Positions 27,408 to 37,152 of a DNA stretch of 64,000 nt are shown here, one piece after another. The notes under the pieces are model-generated. The model saw nothing but the letters and a program-made list of their open reading frames with translations. It was not told the origin of the DNA and did not search any database. A program made the translations under genes and the position numbers. The first letter of the stretch is position 1. The number at the start of each line of letters is the position of its first letter. The DNA comes from Acidimicrobiales bacterium (lineage in GTDB: Bacteria > Actinomycetota > Acidimicrobiia > Acidimicrobiales > VFJN01): contig DASUJB010000147.1 in NCBI GenBank assembly GCA_036279475.1, positions 1,070-65,069 on the forward strand, given 5' to 3'.

Positions 27408-28138
27408 CAGCGGTCCCTCCGCGGGCCGTCGCCGTGGCCCTCGCCGCCCGCGGGCACGTCGGTCCGGCCGTGGCCGCCCGGCTCCCCGGGGTGGGCGAAG
27501 ATGACGTCGGCGTCGGCGGTGTCCACCTCGGCGTCGTCGACGGACTGGCCCTTCTCCGGAGGCCGGACACCGAAGCCCAGCTCACCGGTCCACTGGACAC
27601 GCCCCTCGTAGGCGGCGGCGCCCGCCGGCGCGGTGGCCCGCATCCACGCCGACGTGTGGGGGGCGACGTCGTCCACGTCGGACCAGTCCTCCCACGGCAA
27701 CTGCCGTGGGAGGCCGGCGTCGTCCACCACCAGCTCTGCCTTCGTGTAGATGGCGTCGTTGCGGTCGGTGAAGCTGAACTCGAACAGCTTGGTCTCGGTG
27801 ATGGCCTCCGTGGGGCACGCCTCCACGCAGAGGTCGCAGTGGATGCACCGGAGGTAGTTGATCTCGTAGATGTAGCCGTACCGCTCGCCGGGCGACACGG
27901 GCTCCTCGGGAGGGTTGTCGGCCCCCCGCACGTAGATGCAGCGGGCGGGGCACACCCCGGCGCACAGCTCGCAGCCGATGCACTTCTCCATGCCGTCCTC
28001 GTAGCGATTGAGGACGTGGCGGCCGTGCAGGCGGACGGGCTTGGGATGCTTCCCACCCTTGCCCTTGGTGTAGTCGCGGGTCACCCGCTCCTCGAAGAGC
28101 TTCTTGAAGGTGACACGGAACCCGTCGAGGTATCCCAT
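27407..28138 (-). CDS. nuoI: NADH-quinone oxidoreductase subunit I (operon 2), 2x[4Fe-4S], long C-terminal extension
   Basis: ORF 27407..28897 trimmed to the ATG at 28138, giving 243 aa. It overlaps the nuoH stop as ATGA. The motifs are [12 protein letters not shown] and [12 protein letters not shown]. Confidence 0.9.
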   Translation of the reverse strand: MGYLDGFRVTFKKLFEERVTRDYTKGKGGKHPKPVRLHGRHVLNRYEDGMEKCIGCELCAGVCPARCIYVRGADNPPEEPVSPGERYGYIYEINYLRCIHCDLCVEACPTEAITETKLFEFSFTDRNDAIYTKAELVVDDAGLPRQLPWEDWSDVDDVAPHTSAWMRATAPAGAAAYEGRVQWTGELGFGVRPPEKGQSVDDAEVDTADADVIFAHPGEPGGHGRTDVPAGGEGHGDGPRRDR

Positions 28139-29379
28139 CAGGCGATCACTTCCTCCTCGGGCGACTCCCGGCGCCTGCGGGCGACCGCCACCGAGCCGCT
28201 GAGGGCGGCCCATCCCGCCGCCAGCACCACCAGCGAGACGACGACCACCACCGCGGTGTTCCAGCCCTCGTCCCGACCGACGTTGACCGCGGCCAGCAGC
28301 AGCAGCCAGGCGAGGGCCAGCGGGATCAACGTGGTCCAGCCGATCCGCATCAGCTGGTCGTAGCGGAAGCGGGGCAGGGTGGCCCGGATCCAGACGAACA
28401 CGAAGAGGAACACCAGGAGCTTCAACGTGAACCAGATCAGCCCCGACAGCCATCCGGGACCGAACCACAGGGGACCAGCGGGCCCTCCGAAGAACAGGGT
28501 GACGATGATGGCCGACATCGTGATCGTGTTCATGAACTCGGCCAGGTAGAAGAGCGCGAAGCGGAACGAGGAGTACTCGGTCTGGTAGCCCCCGACCAGC
28601 TCCTGCTCGGCCTCGACCAAGTCGAAGGGCGGGCGGTTGAGCTCGGCGGTCCCCGCGATCATGAAGAGGACGAACGGCACCACGCCCGTGGCGAGCAGGT
28701 TCCAGCGCGGGATGCCGATGGCGCCGAACAGCTCGTAGCCCTCCCCCGCCTGTGCTGCGACGATGTCGTGGGTCGACAGCGAGCCCGACAGCAGCACGAC
28801 CGCCACCACCGCCAGCCCCAGGGCGGCCTCGTAGCTGACCATCTGGGCCGAGCCGCGGACCGCCCCGAGCAGCGGCCACTTCGAGCCAGACGACCACCCG
28901 GCGAGCATCACCCCGTAGACGGCGATGGACGACATGGCCAGGACGAGCAGCACCCCGATCGGGGGATCGGCCAGCTGGAGGTAGGTGTCGTGGCCGAAGA
29001 GGCGGACGGAGCCGAACTTCTCGCCGTCGAAGCCCCCGGCGATGGGCACGACCGCGAACGTGACGAAGGCGGGCACGGCCGAGAGGAACGGGGCGAGGAT
29101 GAACACCCGGCGGTCGGCCCTGTCGGGGATCAGGTCCTCCTTCATGATGAGCTTCAGCCCGTCGGCCAGCGTCTGGAGGATGCCCCAGGGGCCGGCCTTG
29201 TTGGGTCCGACACGGTTCTGGAGGTCCGAGATGACCTTCCGCTCGAACCAGATCATCAGGATGACCGACGTGAGGAGCAGGCCGAAGGCGACGACGGCCT
29301 TGAGCAGGACGATCAGCACCTCGGCCAGGCCGATCCCCCCCTCGAGGAGGGGATCGAGCGCGAGAACGGCCGGGCTCAC
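28138..29379 (-). CDS. nuoH: NADH-quinone oxidoreductase subunit H (operon 2)
   Basis: 413-aa polytopic protein, with FDLVEAEQELVGGYQTEYSS. GTG start at 29379 preceded by GGGGAG. Confidence 0.9.
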   Translation of the reverse strand: MSPAVLALDPLLEGGIGLAEVLIVLLKAVVAFGLLLTSVILMIWFERKVISDLQNRVGPNKAGPWGILQTLADGLKLIMKEDLIPDRADRRVFILAPFLSAVPAFVTFAVVPIAGGFDGEKFGSVRLFGHDTYLQLADPPIGVLLVLAMSSIAVYGVMLAGWSSGSKWPLLGAVRGSAQMVSYEAALGLAVVAVVLLSGSLSTHDIVAAQAGEGYELFGAIGIPRWNLLATGVVPFVLFMIAGTAELNRPPFDLVEAEQELVGGYQTEYSSFRFALFYLAEFMNTITMSAIIVTLFFGGPAGPLWFGPGWLSGLIWFTLKLLVFLFVFVWIRATLPRFRYDQLMRIGWTTLIPLALAWLLLLAAVNVGRDEGWNTAVVVVVSLVVLAAGWAALSGSVAVARRRRESPEEEVIA

Positions 29380-29446
29380 CGTGGCCGGCTCCCCGCCAGC
29401 GGGTGACGACGGCCGGACCGGACCGCGGGTCGGGACGGGAGCCTGC

Positions 29447-32128
29447 TCATGGTCGCTCCACCCTGACGTCGGTCACGGGCGAGTTCCCGTCGATGAGGAC
29501 GTTGGCCCGGCCGCCCGCCCTGTTGGCGTGCAGGTGGGCGACGCTGCGGGGCACGCCGGGGTCGGGCACGGTCGGCACGGTCACGTTCCCCTTCGTCGAG
29601 GTGATGCGCACGTCGGCCCCCGCCGCCACGCCCAGGCGGTCGAAGTCCTGCGGGTGGAGGTGGAGGATCGCCGGCTCGGCCAGGTCGGCGAGCGAAGGCG
29701 AGCTGCGCACGAGCGTGCCCCGGTCGTAGAGCTTGCGGGTGACCACCAGCCGCAGCGAGTAGGCGTCGACCGAGGGCGGGTCGATGACCGTCCACACCGG
29801 CAGGGGCACGCCCGAGGTCGGCGGCAGCACGCCGGTGGGCTCGAGCTCGGGAGTCGTCCCCTGGTTGCTCTCGGCGGCCACGACGGCCTCGTCAGCGACG
29901 GCCGGTGCCGTCTGGCCCCGGGTGGCTGCCTCGTCGACCGTGGGCTCGTCGGGGGCGGCCTTGGCGACCTCGGACTCCTCGGCGCCGTTGCCGGACCGCC
30001 GGCTCGGCATGCCCACGACGACGCCCTCGCGGCCGACCGGGCTGCGCAGCGCCTCGGCGGTCAGGCCGGAGAACACCGGCGCCACCGCCTCGATCTCGGC
30101 CGCCAGGTCGGCCACGGACCCCACCCCCAGGTCGCCGCCGAGCCGGTCGGCCAGCTCGGCGGCCACGATCCAGTCCGCCTGGGCCGTCCCGGGCGCGGTG
30201 ACCGTGCGGGCCAGCGTGCTGACGCGCCCCTCGAGGTTGGTGGTGGTCCCCTCCACCTCGCCGTAGCCGGCCACGGGCAGGACCACGTCGGCCTGCTTCA
30301 CCGACTCGGTCAGGAACTGGTCGAGGGCCACGACCGTCCGCGCCCCGGCCAGGCCCCGCCGTGCCAGGTCGCGGTCGAGGAAGTCGGCCAGCGGATCGCT
30401 GCCGAGCAGCACGAGGGTGTCGATCTTGCCGTCGGCGGCGGCGCGCAGGATGCCGGCGGCGTCCAGGCCCCGCGCCTTCGGCAGGGTGGGCCACCGGTCG
30501 GCGAACCACTCCCGGCCGCCGTCGAGCGTGACCCGCCCGGGCAGGAGGCCCGGTGCCATGCCCAGCTCCAGCGCGCCGTGGACGTTGGCCCGGCGCAGCC
30601 CGCTCAGGAAGCGGACGTCGGCCAACGAGTGATGGATGGCGGCGGCGGCCGCCCCGATCGACCGGGCCGACTCGGCGAGGTTGCCCCGGCCGAGCACGAC
30701 GGTGACCGGTCCGTCGCCCAGGACCTGCTGGGCGGCCCGGAGGGCCTCGGGGGCGACGCCCCCCACCTCGTCGTCGACGTCGTGCCGGCCGACGAGCGCT
30801 CGGACGACGGGTAGCGCGCAGCCGGGCCGGTAGCGCAGCGAGACGGCGGCGAGCTGGTCGGTCAGGCTGGTGGCGACGGACGCTAGCTCGACCACCTTGA
30901 CGCCCGACTCCCGTACGGCGTGCCGCAGCCTGAGGTACAGGACCGGCAGCTCCTCCTTCAGGTCGGGACCCATCACGACGACGGTCCCGCCCGGGCGGCA
31001 GGCGTCGTCGATGGTGGCCCGGGGCAGGCCCAGGACCACCTCCGCCGGGAGGCCGTCGCCCAGCTGGGCGTCGACGTGGTCGGACCCGATCACGCCCTTG
31101 GCGAGCTTCACCCAGGCGTAGCATTCCTCGTTGGTGAGGCGCGCCCCGCCGATGACGGCGAACCCCTCCGGCCCGCTGCGATCGAGCCCCTCCTTGACGG
31201 CCTCGGCAGTGCGGCTCAACGCCTCGCTCCACGTGGCCGGCTTGAGGGAGAGGGCGGCGTCGCGCACCAGGGGCTCGCCCAGGCGGTCCTCGCTGTTCAC
31301 CGCCTCGAAGTCGAAGCGACCCTTGTCGCACAGCCAGCCCCAGTTGACGGCGTCGTTGTCGACGCCCTGGTACCGCACCAGCCGGTTCCGGCTCGACTGC
31401 ACCACGACCCGGCAGCCGACCGAGCACGACGTGCACGTCGACTCCACCTGCTCGAGGTCCCAGGGACGTGCCTTGAAGCGGTAGGGGGTGGAGGTCAGGG
31501 CACCCACCGGGCAGATCTGCACGGTGTTGCCGCTGAAGTAGCTGGCGAAGGGGTGCTCGGGGAAGGTGTTGACCTCGGTCTGGCTACCCCGGTCCATGAA
31601 GTGGATGAGCGGGTCGCCTGCCACGTCCTTGGCGAAGCGGGTGCAGCGGTCGCAGAGGATGCAGCGCTCGCGGTCGAGCAGGACCAGGTCGCTGACGGGG
31701 ATGGGCTTCTCGAAGTGCCGCTTCTCCTCGACGAAGCGGCTCTCGCCCGGCCCGTACGCCATGGTCTGGTCCTGGAGGGGGCACTCGCCTCCCTTGTCGC
31801 ACACCGGGCAGTCGAGCGGGTGGTTGACGAGCAGGAACTCGAGCACGCCCTCCTGCGCCTTGCGGGTGACCGGCGAGCCCGTCGACACGGTCATGCCGTC
31901 GGTGCACTCGATCATGCAGGACGGCTGGAGCGCGGGCCCCCGACCGGTGTCGATCTCGACGATGCACATGCGGCACATGCCCACCGGCTTCATCCGCGAG
32001 TGGTAGCAGAACCGGGGGATGTAGATGCCGTTGCGCTCGGCTGCCGCGATGACGAGCTCGCCCTTCATGGCTTCGATCGGCTGCCCGTCGACGGTGATGC
32101 CGACGGTGTCGGCGGCGGTGGCGGTCAT
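29447..32128 (-). CDS. nuoG: NADH-quinone oxidoreductase subunit G (operon 2)
   Basis: The 1053-aa ORF 29447..32608 was trimmed to the ATG at 32128, giving 893 aa. It overlaps the nuoF stop as ATGA. It has N-terminal 2Fe-2S and 4Fe-4S motifs (CYHSRMKPVGMCRMC, HPLDCPVCDKGGECPLQD, CILCDRC) and a molybdopterin-like domain. Confidence 0.9.
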   Translation of the reverse strand: MTATAADTVGITVDGQPIEAMKGELVIAAAERNGIYIPRFCYHSRMKPVGMCRMCIVEIDTGRGPALQPSCMIECTDGMTVSTGSPVTRKAQEGVLEFLLVNHPLDCPVCDKGGECPLQDQTMAYGPGESRFVEEKRHFEKPIPVSDLVLLDRERCILCDRCTRFAKDVAGDPLIHFMDRGSQTEVNTFPEHPFASYFSGNTVQICPVGALTSTPYRFKARPWDLEQVESTCTSCSVGCRVVVQSSRNRLVRYQGVDNDAVNWGWLCDKGRFDFEAVNSEDRLGEPLVRDAALSLKPATWSEALSRTAEAVKEGLDRSGPEGFAVIGGARLTNEECYAWVKLAKGVIGSDHVDAQLGDGLPAEVVLGLPRATIDDACRPGGTVVVMGPDLKEELPVLYLRLRHAVRESGVKVVELASVATSLTDQLAAVSLRYRPGCALPVVRALVGRHDVDDEVGGVAPEALRAAQQVLGDGPVTVVLGRGNLAESARSIGAAAAAIHHSLADVRFLSGLRRANVHGALELGMAPGLLPGRVTLDGGREWFADRWPTLPKARGLDAAGILRAAADGKIDTLVLLGSDPLADFLDRDLARRGLAGARTVVALDQFLTESVKQADVVLPVAGYGEVEGTTTNLEGRVSTLARTVTAPGTAQADWIVAAELADRLGGDLGVGSVADLAAEIEAVAPVFSGLTAEALRSPVGREGVVVGMPSRRSGNGAEESEVAKAAPDEPTVDEAATRGQTAPAVADEAVVAAESNQGTTPELEPTGVLPPTSGVPLPVWTVIDPPSVDAYSLRLVVTRKLYDRGTLVRSSPSLADLAEPAILHLHPQDFDRLGVAAGADVRITSTKGNVTVPTVPDPGVPRSVAHLHANRAGGRANVLIDGNSPVTDVRVERP

Positions 32129-33522
32129 GGCGTCGCACCTGCGGAGACGGTGGGAGGGGTGGACAGGTAGGCCTTGCCGTTCACCGGCACGGTGACCTCG
32201 GCCGCCCCCCCGCAGTAGGCGGCGAACTCGTCGCGGAAGCGCAGGATGGCCGAGGCGATGGGCGCCACCGCCGACGGCCCCAGCGGGCAGATCGTGGTCT
32301 GCTTGGGAGGCCAGGCGATGGAGGGGCTGATGTTGTCGCAGATGTCGAGGAGCTTGTTCACGTCGGCCGGGCGACCGTAGCCGTCGAGCATGCGGCGCAG
32401 GACCTTCTCCAGCCACGCCGTGCCCTCCCGGCACGGCGTGCACTTCCCGCACGACTCGTGGGCGAAGAAGCGCACGATCCGCCACGCCGCCTTGACCACG
32501 TCGGTGGTCTCGTCCATCACGACGATGGCCCCCGAGCCCAGCATCGATCCCGCCGCCCCCACGGCGCCCGCCTCCAACGGCAGGTCCAGGTGCTCCTCGA
32601 AGAACCACGCGGCCGACGCACCGCCGGGGATGAACGCCTTGAGCTCGTTGCCGTCCCGGATGCCGTCGGCGTAGCGCTCCCCGAAGATGATGTCGCGGAA
32701 CGTGGTGACGCCGAACTCCACCTCGAACACGCCGGGGTTGCGGACGTGACCGGACACCGCGAAGAGGCGGGTGCCCTTCGAGCTCTCCGCTCCCAGGTCG
32801 CCGAAGGCGGCACCGCCGTTCTCGACGATCCAGGGCAGGTTCGACAGCGTCTCGACGTTGTTGACCACCGTGGGCTGCATGTACAGGCCCTTGGCCGCCG
32901 GGAAGTACGGCGGCTTCAGGCGAGGCATCCCCCGGTTGCCCTCGAGCGACTCCAGCAGGGCGGTCTCCTCGCCCACGATGTAGGCGCCCGCCCCCCAGTG
33001 CAGCACGATGTCGACCGAGAAGTCGGTGCCGAGGATGTGATCGCCGACGAGGCCGGCGGCATAGGCGTCGTTGAGCGCGCCGGCCAGCCGCTCCTGCGCC
33101 AGCGCCATCTCGCCTCGCACGTACAGGAAGGCCTGGCTGGCGCCGATGGCGTAGCAGGCGATGAGCACGCCCTCGATGAGCTGGTGCGGATCGCGCTCCA
33201 TGAGCAGGCGGTCCTTGTAGGTGCCCGGCTCCGACTCGTCACCGTTCACCACGATGTAGCGGGGGAAGACGCCCGGCGGGCAGAAGCCCCACTTGACCCC
33301 CGCAGGGAAGCCCGCGCCGCCCCGACCGAGGAGGCTGGCCCCCTTGACCTGGTCGGCGACCTGCGCCGGGGTCATCTCGGTGACCGCCTTGGCCAGGGCG
33401 CGGTAGCCGCCGGTCTCCCGGTAGCGGTCGAGGGTGTAGCCGTCGGCGAGGTCCCAGCGCGAGGAGACGATGCGCGGCAGCTCTCGCGATCCACCGTCGG
33501 TGGTGGCGTCGACGTCCGTCAC
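32125..33522 (-). CDS. nuoF: NADH-quinone oxidoreductase subunit F (operon 2)
   Basis: ORF 32125..33906 trimmed to the GTG at 33522, giving 465 aa. It overlaps the nuoE stop as GTGA. It has GRGGAGFPAGVKWGF and ESCGKCTPCREG. Confidence 0.9.
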   Translation of the reverse strand: MTDVDATTDGGSRELPRIVSSRWDLADGYTLDRYRETGGYRALAKAVTEMTPAQVADQVKGASLLGRGGAGFPAGVKWGFCPPGVFPRYIVVNGDESEPGTYKDRLLMERDPHQLIEGVLIACYAIGASQAFLYVRGEMALAQERLAGALNDAYAAGLVGDHILGTDFSVDIVLHWGAGAYIVGEETALLESLEGNRGMPRLKPPYFPAAKGLYMQPTVVNNVETLSNLPWIVENGGAAFGDLGAESSKGTRLFAVSGHVRNPGVFEVEFGVTTFRDIIFGERYADGIRDGNELKAFIPGGASAAWFFEEHLDLPLEAGAVGAAGSMLGSGAIVVMDETTDVVKAAWRIVRFFAHESCGKCTPCREGTAWLEKVLRRMLDGYGRPADVNKLLDICDNISPSIAWPPKQTTICPLGPSAVAPIASAILRFRDEFAAYCGGAAEVTVPVNGKAYLSTPPTVSAGATP

Positions 33523-34145
33523 GAGGTGGCCCCTCCGGTCGTCCCCTCGGTGTTGCGGGCCAGCCACGGCGGCTCGACGTTGCGGTCGGGCGGCGCCACG
33601 CCGGCCCTGGTGTCGGGCAGCTGCTGGCGCACGCGGCTCAGGATGCCGTGCCGGGGGATGTCGTTGTCGAGGCGGCCGGCCCTCAGGTCGTCGACGAGCT
33701 CGTCGGCCTGGTCCGCGGTGACGCGATGGAAGTAGCGGTAGTTCACCTGCAGGCACGGGGCCTCGGTGCAGGCGGCGATGCACTCCACGTCCTCGAGGGT
33801 GAACCTGCCGTCGGGCGTGGTGTCGCCGGCGCGGATCCCGAGTCGCTGCTCCAGGTGGTGCAGCAGCTCCTCCCCGCCTCGCAACATGCACGAGATGTTC
33901 GTGCACACGTTCACCACGTAGTCGCCCACGGGCTCGAGCTTGAACATCTCGTAGAACGAGGCCGTGCCGAGCACCTCCGCCGGCGTGATCCCCAACAGCT
34001 CGGCGATGTGCTCCATCGCCTCCTCGGTGACGTGCCCGTCCTGCTCCTGGGCCAGGTGCAGCAGGGGGATCAGCGCCGACCTCGCCACCGGGTAGCGGGC
34101 GATCACGTCCTCGGCGACGGCGGCGTTCTCCGCGGTGAACCTCAC
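33519..34145 (-). CDS. nuoE: NADH-quinone oxidoreductase subunit E (operon 2)
   Basis: 208 aa with the thioredoxin-like 2Fe-2S motifs CTNISC and CIAACTEAPC. The GTG at 34145 overlaps the nuoD stop as GTGA. Confidence 0.9.
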   Translation of the reverse strand: MRFTAENAAVAEDVIARYPVARSALIPLLHLAQEQDGHVTEEAMEHIAELLGITPAEVLGTASFYEMFKLEPVGDYVVNVCTNISCMLRGGEELLHHLEQRLGIRAGDTTPDGRFTLEDVECIAACTEAPCLQVNYRYFHRVTADQADELVDDLRAGRLDNDIPRHGILSRVRQQLPDTRAGVAPPDRNVEPPWLARNTEGTTGGATS

Positions 34146-35470
34146 CGGTCGACCTCGCCCAGGATGGGGTCGACGGAGGAGATGACGGCCACCGCGTCGG
34201 CGATGAGGCCGCCCCGCAGCATGTGGGGGATGGCCTGCAGGTTCAGGAAGGACGGGGCCCGCACGTGCATCCGGTAGGGGACGCTGCTGCCGTCGCTCAC
34301 GATGTAGCAGCCGAGCTCTCCCCGGGGGCTCTCGACCGCTCGGTACACCTCGCCCTCCGGCACCTTGAACCCTTCCGTGAAGATCTTGAAGTGGTGGATG
34401 AGGGCCTCCATCGACTCGTCGATCCGACCGCGGGGTGGAGGCGTGACCTTGCGGTCCTGGATCCGGTAGTCGCCCGGCGGCATGCGGTCGAGGATCTGCC
34501 GCACGATCCCCATCGACTCTCGCACCTCCTCGAGGCGGATGGAGTACCGGTCGAAGCAGTCGCCGTAGCTGCCGACCACCACGCCGAAGTCGACCTCGTC
34601 GTAGAAGAGGTAGGGCTCGGCGCGCCGGAGGTCCCAGGGCACGCCGGTGGACCGCAGGACCGGTCCCGTGGCACCCAGGGCGATGGCCTCGTCGGCCGTG
34701 AGGACGCCCACGCCCTGCAACCGCTCACGCCAGATCGGCTGGCCGGTGAGCAGGACGTCGTACTCGTCGAGCCGGGGCTCGATCAGGTCGAGGACCCGGA
34801 GGGTGGCGTCCCGCCAGCCGTCGGGGAGGTCGGCGGCCACCCCGCCGACGCGGATGAAGTTGTGGTTCATCCGCGTCCCCGTGAACATCTCCAGCAGGCG
34901 CAGCGTCTCTTCGCGCTCCCGCCAGCCGTAGATCATCATCGACACCGCCCCGAGGTCCATGCCGTTGGTGGCGAGGTACAGCAGGTGGGACGAGATCCGG
35001 TTCAGCTCGGTCAGCAACATGCGGATCCACTGGGCCCGCGGGGGGATGTCCGCCTCGATGCCGAGGAGGGCCTCGGTGGCCTGGCAGAAGACGAGCTCGT
35101 TGAAGAGCGGGGACGCGTAGTCCATCCGCGTGGTGTTGGTGGGTCCTTGGAGGTACGTCAGCTTCTCGCCGGTCTTCTCCATGCCCGTGTGCAGGTAGCC
35201 GATCACCGGCTTGGTGCGCAGCACCTCCTCGCCCTGCAGCTCCAGCATCAGCCGCAGGACCCCGTGCGTCGACGGGTGCTGGGGGCCCATGTTGAGCAGC
35301 ATCGTCTGCTCGTCCGACTCCGGCTCCTGACCGGAGCGGGCGGCGACGTCGGCCTCGGACATGCGGAGGACCGAGCCGGCCTCGCGGAGCGGCTCGGCGA
35401 CGGCGGACCCCCTCGACGGCTCCAGCTCCTGGCTGCCCTCGTCGGTACGGAGGACATGGGTGGTGGTCAT
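34142..35470 (-). CDS. nuoD: NADH-quinone oxidoreductase subunit D (operon 2)
   Basis: 442 aa, with GPQHPSTHGVLR and HTGMEK, ending ILGEVDR. Confidence 0.9.
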   Translation of the reverse strand: MTTTHVLRTDEGSQELEPSRGSAVAEPLREAGSVLRMSEADVAARSGQEPESDEQTMLLNMGPQHPSTHGVLRLMLELQGEEVLRTKPVIGYLHTGMEKTGEKLTYLQGPTNTTRMDYASPLFNELVFCQATEALLGIEADIPPRAQWIRMLLTELNRISSHLLYLATNGMDLGAVSMMIYGWREREETLRLLEMFTGTRMNHNFIRVGGVAADLPDGWRDATLRVLDLIEPRLDEYDVLLTGQPIWRERLQGVGVLTADEAIALGATGPVLRSTGVPWDLRRAEPYLFYDEVDFGVVVGSYGDCFDRYSIRLEEVRESMGIVRQILDRMPPGDYRIQDRKVTPPPRGRIDESMEALIHHFKIFTEGFKVPEGEVYRAVESPRGELGCYIVSDGSSVPYRMHVRAPSFLNLQAIPHMLRGGLIADAVAVISSVDPILGEVDR

Positions 35471-35483
35471 GGGCAGTTGGACC

Positions 35484-36038
35484 TCACCGCTCGTTCCGGA
35501 CGCCCTTGAACTGCACGGGGATCTCCCCCACCGGCTGGTCCTTGCGGAGCGGGTACCCCTCCCAGTCCTCGGGCATGAGGATGCGGGTCATGTCGGGGTG
35601 GTCGGTGAAGGTGATGCCGAACATGTCGTACACCTCCCGCTCGAGCGCCTCGGCCGCCGGGTGCACGCCGAACAGGGACGGGCAGGTGGGATCGTCGGCC
35701 GGGATCTGGACCCGCAGCCGCAACCGCTCGGCGCGGGCGTGCGAGAGCAAGGCCACGACCACCTCGAAGCGCTCGGCGGACACCCCGGCCGGCAGGTCCC
35801 GCCGCCCCCGGAAGGCGACGTAGTCGACGGCGGTGATGTCGACGCACACCCGGAAGCCCTCGTCGTCCCGCAACCTCCGGACGAGGTCGACGAGCTCCTC
35901 CCGCCCCGGGTGCAGCACGACCTGGCCCCGGCTGCTGGACATGGGCACGCCGTCGCGGGTCTGCGGCGCGGTGGTGCCCCCCTCGTCGCCGGCGGCCTCG
36001 CCGGCCTCGTCCGCACCCCCCTGGGGCGACGACGCCAT
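35484..36038 (-). CDS. nuoC: NADH-quinone oxidoreductase subunit C (operon 2)
   Basis: ORF 35484..36143 trimmed to the ATG at 36038, giving 184 aa. The start lies 1 nt after the nuoB stop. It has EREVYDMFGITFTDHP and YPLRKD. Confidence 0.85.
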   Translation of the reverse strand: MASSPQGGADEAGEAAGDEGGTTAPQTRDGVPMSSSRGQVVLHPGREELVDLVRRLRDDEGFRVCVDITAVDYVAFRGRRDLPAGVSAERFEVVVALLSHARAERLRLRVQIPADDPTCPSLFGVHPAAEALEREVYDMFGITFTDHPDMTRILMPEDWEGYPLRKDQPVGEIPVQFKGVRNER

Positions 36039-36039
36039 C

Positions 36040-36615
36040 TCAGCGCTCCCTCTGGGCCAGCGCCGGCTCCACGATGCCGTCACGCTGCTCGATGACCAGC
36101 CCCGCGCCTCGGCTCCGCTCTCCCCGCCGTCGCAGGAGCTCACCCGAGGCGATGTTCTCGCGGAGCGTCTCGATGGCGTGGATCAGCGTCTCCGGCCCCG
36201 GGGGGCAACCGGGGGCGTACACGTCGACCGGGACGAACTCGTCGACTCCCTGGACGAGGGCGTAGTTGTTGAACATCCCGCCCGTGCTGGCGCATACGCC
36301 CATCGAGATGACCCACTTGGGCTCCATCATCTGGTCGTGGATCTGGCGCAGCACGGGGGCCATCTTCTGGGACACCCGCCCGGCGACGATCATGATGTCC
36401 GACTGCCGAGGCGACGCCCGGAACACCTCCATGCCGAAGCGGCCCAGGTCGTAGTGAGCTCCACCGGCGGCCATCATCTCGAGGGCGCAGCACGCCAGGC
36501 CGAAGGTGACCGGCCACGACGACCGGGAGCGGGACCACTGCACGAGGTCCTCCACCTTCCCGGTGATGAAGTTGTGGTCGAGGCCCTCCAGGCCCTTCGA
36601 CACGTCCCACCCCAT
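36040..36615 (-). CDS. nuoB: NADH-quinone oxidoreductase subunit B (operon 2)
   Basis: 191 aa, with [19 protein letters not shown] and PGCPP. Confidence 0.9.
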   Translation of the reverse strand: MGWDVSKGLEGLDHNFITGKVEDLVQWSRSRSSWPVTFGLACCALEMMAAGGAHYDLGRFGMEVFRASPRQSDIMIVAGRVSQKMAPVLRQIHDQMMEPKWVISMGVCASTGGMFNNYALVQGVDEFVPVDVYAPGCPPGPETLIHAIETLRENIASGELLRRRGERSRGAGLVIEQRDGIVEPALAQRER

Positions 36616-37127
36616 CAGGGCGCTCCCGTGGTCGTGGCGGTGGCCGGCTCGTCGGCCGGCTCGATCGCCTCCTCGACGTCGGGACGGCCCACGAGGCCGA
36701 CCCGCCGCACGGTGGTCCGGGTCGTGCGCTCCACCCCCACCATCGCCGAGCGCTGCGGCCGGGCCCGGTTGATCGGCCCCCAGTCGAGGACACCGTTGCT
36801 GATCAGGTACACCAGGCTCACGGCCACGAGCGCCGCGAAGACCAGGACCTCGACGAGCCCGAACGCACCGAGGTCCCGGTAGATCACCGCCCAGGGGTAG
36901 AGGAAGATGATCTCGATGTCGAACACGACGAAGATCATCGCCACCAGGTAGAAGTGCACCGGGAACCGCTCGGGGTTCTCACGGCGGGGGACGATGCCGG
37001 ACTCGTAGGGTGCCCGCTTCGCCGACGTCGAGCGGCGCGGGGCGAGCACCCTCGACATCAGGAGGCTGACGGCGGCGAAGGCCACGGCGAGCACGCCGAT
37101 GGCCACCACGGGGAGGTACTGGCCCAT
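36615..37127 (-). CDS. nuoA: NADH-quinone oxidoreductase subunit A (operon 2), with a ~50-aa C-terminal extension
   Basis: 170 aa, with YESGIVP and [24 protein letters not shown] at 37127 preceded by GGAAGGG. Confidence 0.9.
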   Translation of the reverse strand: MGQYLPVVAIGVLAVAFAAVSLLMSRVLAPRRSTSAKRAPYESGIVPRRENPERFPVHFYLVAMIFVVFDIEIIFLYPWAVIYRDLGAFGLVEVLVFAALVAVSLVYLISNGVLDWGPINRARPQRSAMVGVERTTRTTVRRVGLVGRPDVEEAIEPADEPATATTTGAP

Positions 37128-37152
37128 CTACCGCCCTTCCTGACGCGTCATC

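Noticed and set aside
8110-37127. The two nuo operons as an assembly duplication or a very recent tandem duplication
   Set aside because: Paralogous subunits such as NuoK, NuoB, NuoD and NuoH differ at a large fraction of positions and in length. The gene content also differs (11 versus 14 genes), so these are old, distinct lineages rather than a repeat artefact.
37141-37150. Perfect 10-bp palindrome TGACGCGTCA in the 25-bp gap before nuoA2
   Set aside because: A 10-bp palindrome has no room for a loop. With 5 constrained base pairs, roughly 64000/1024, or several dozen, are expected by chance in a window this size. It does not match the Rex consensus, so I have no basis to call it a site.
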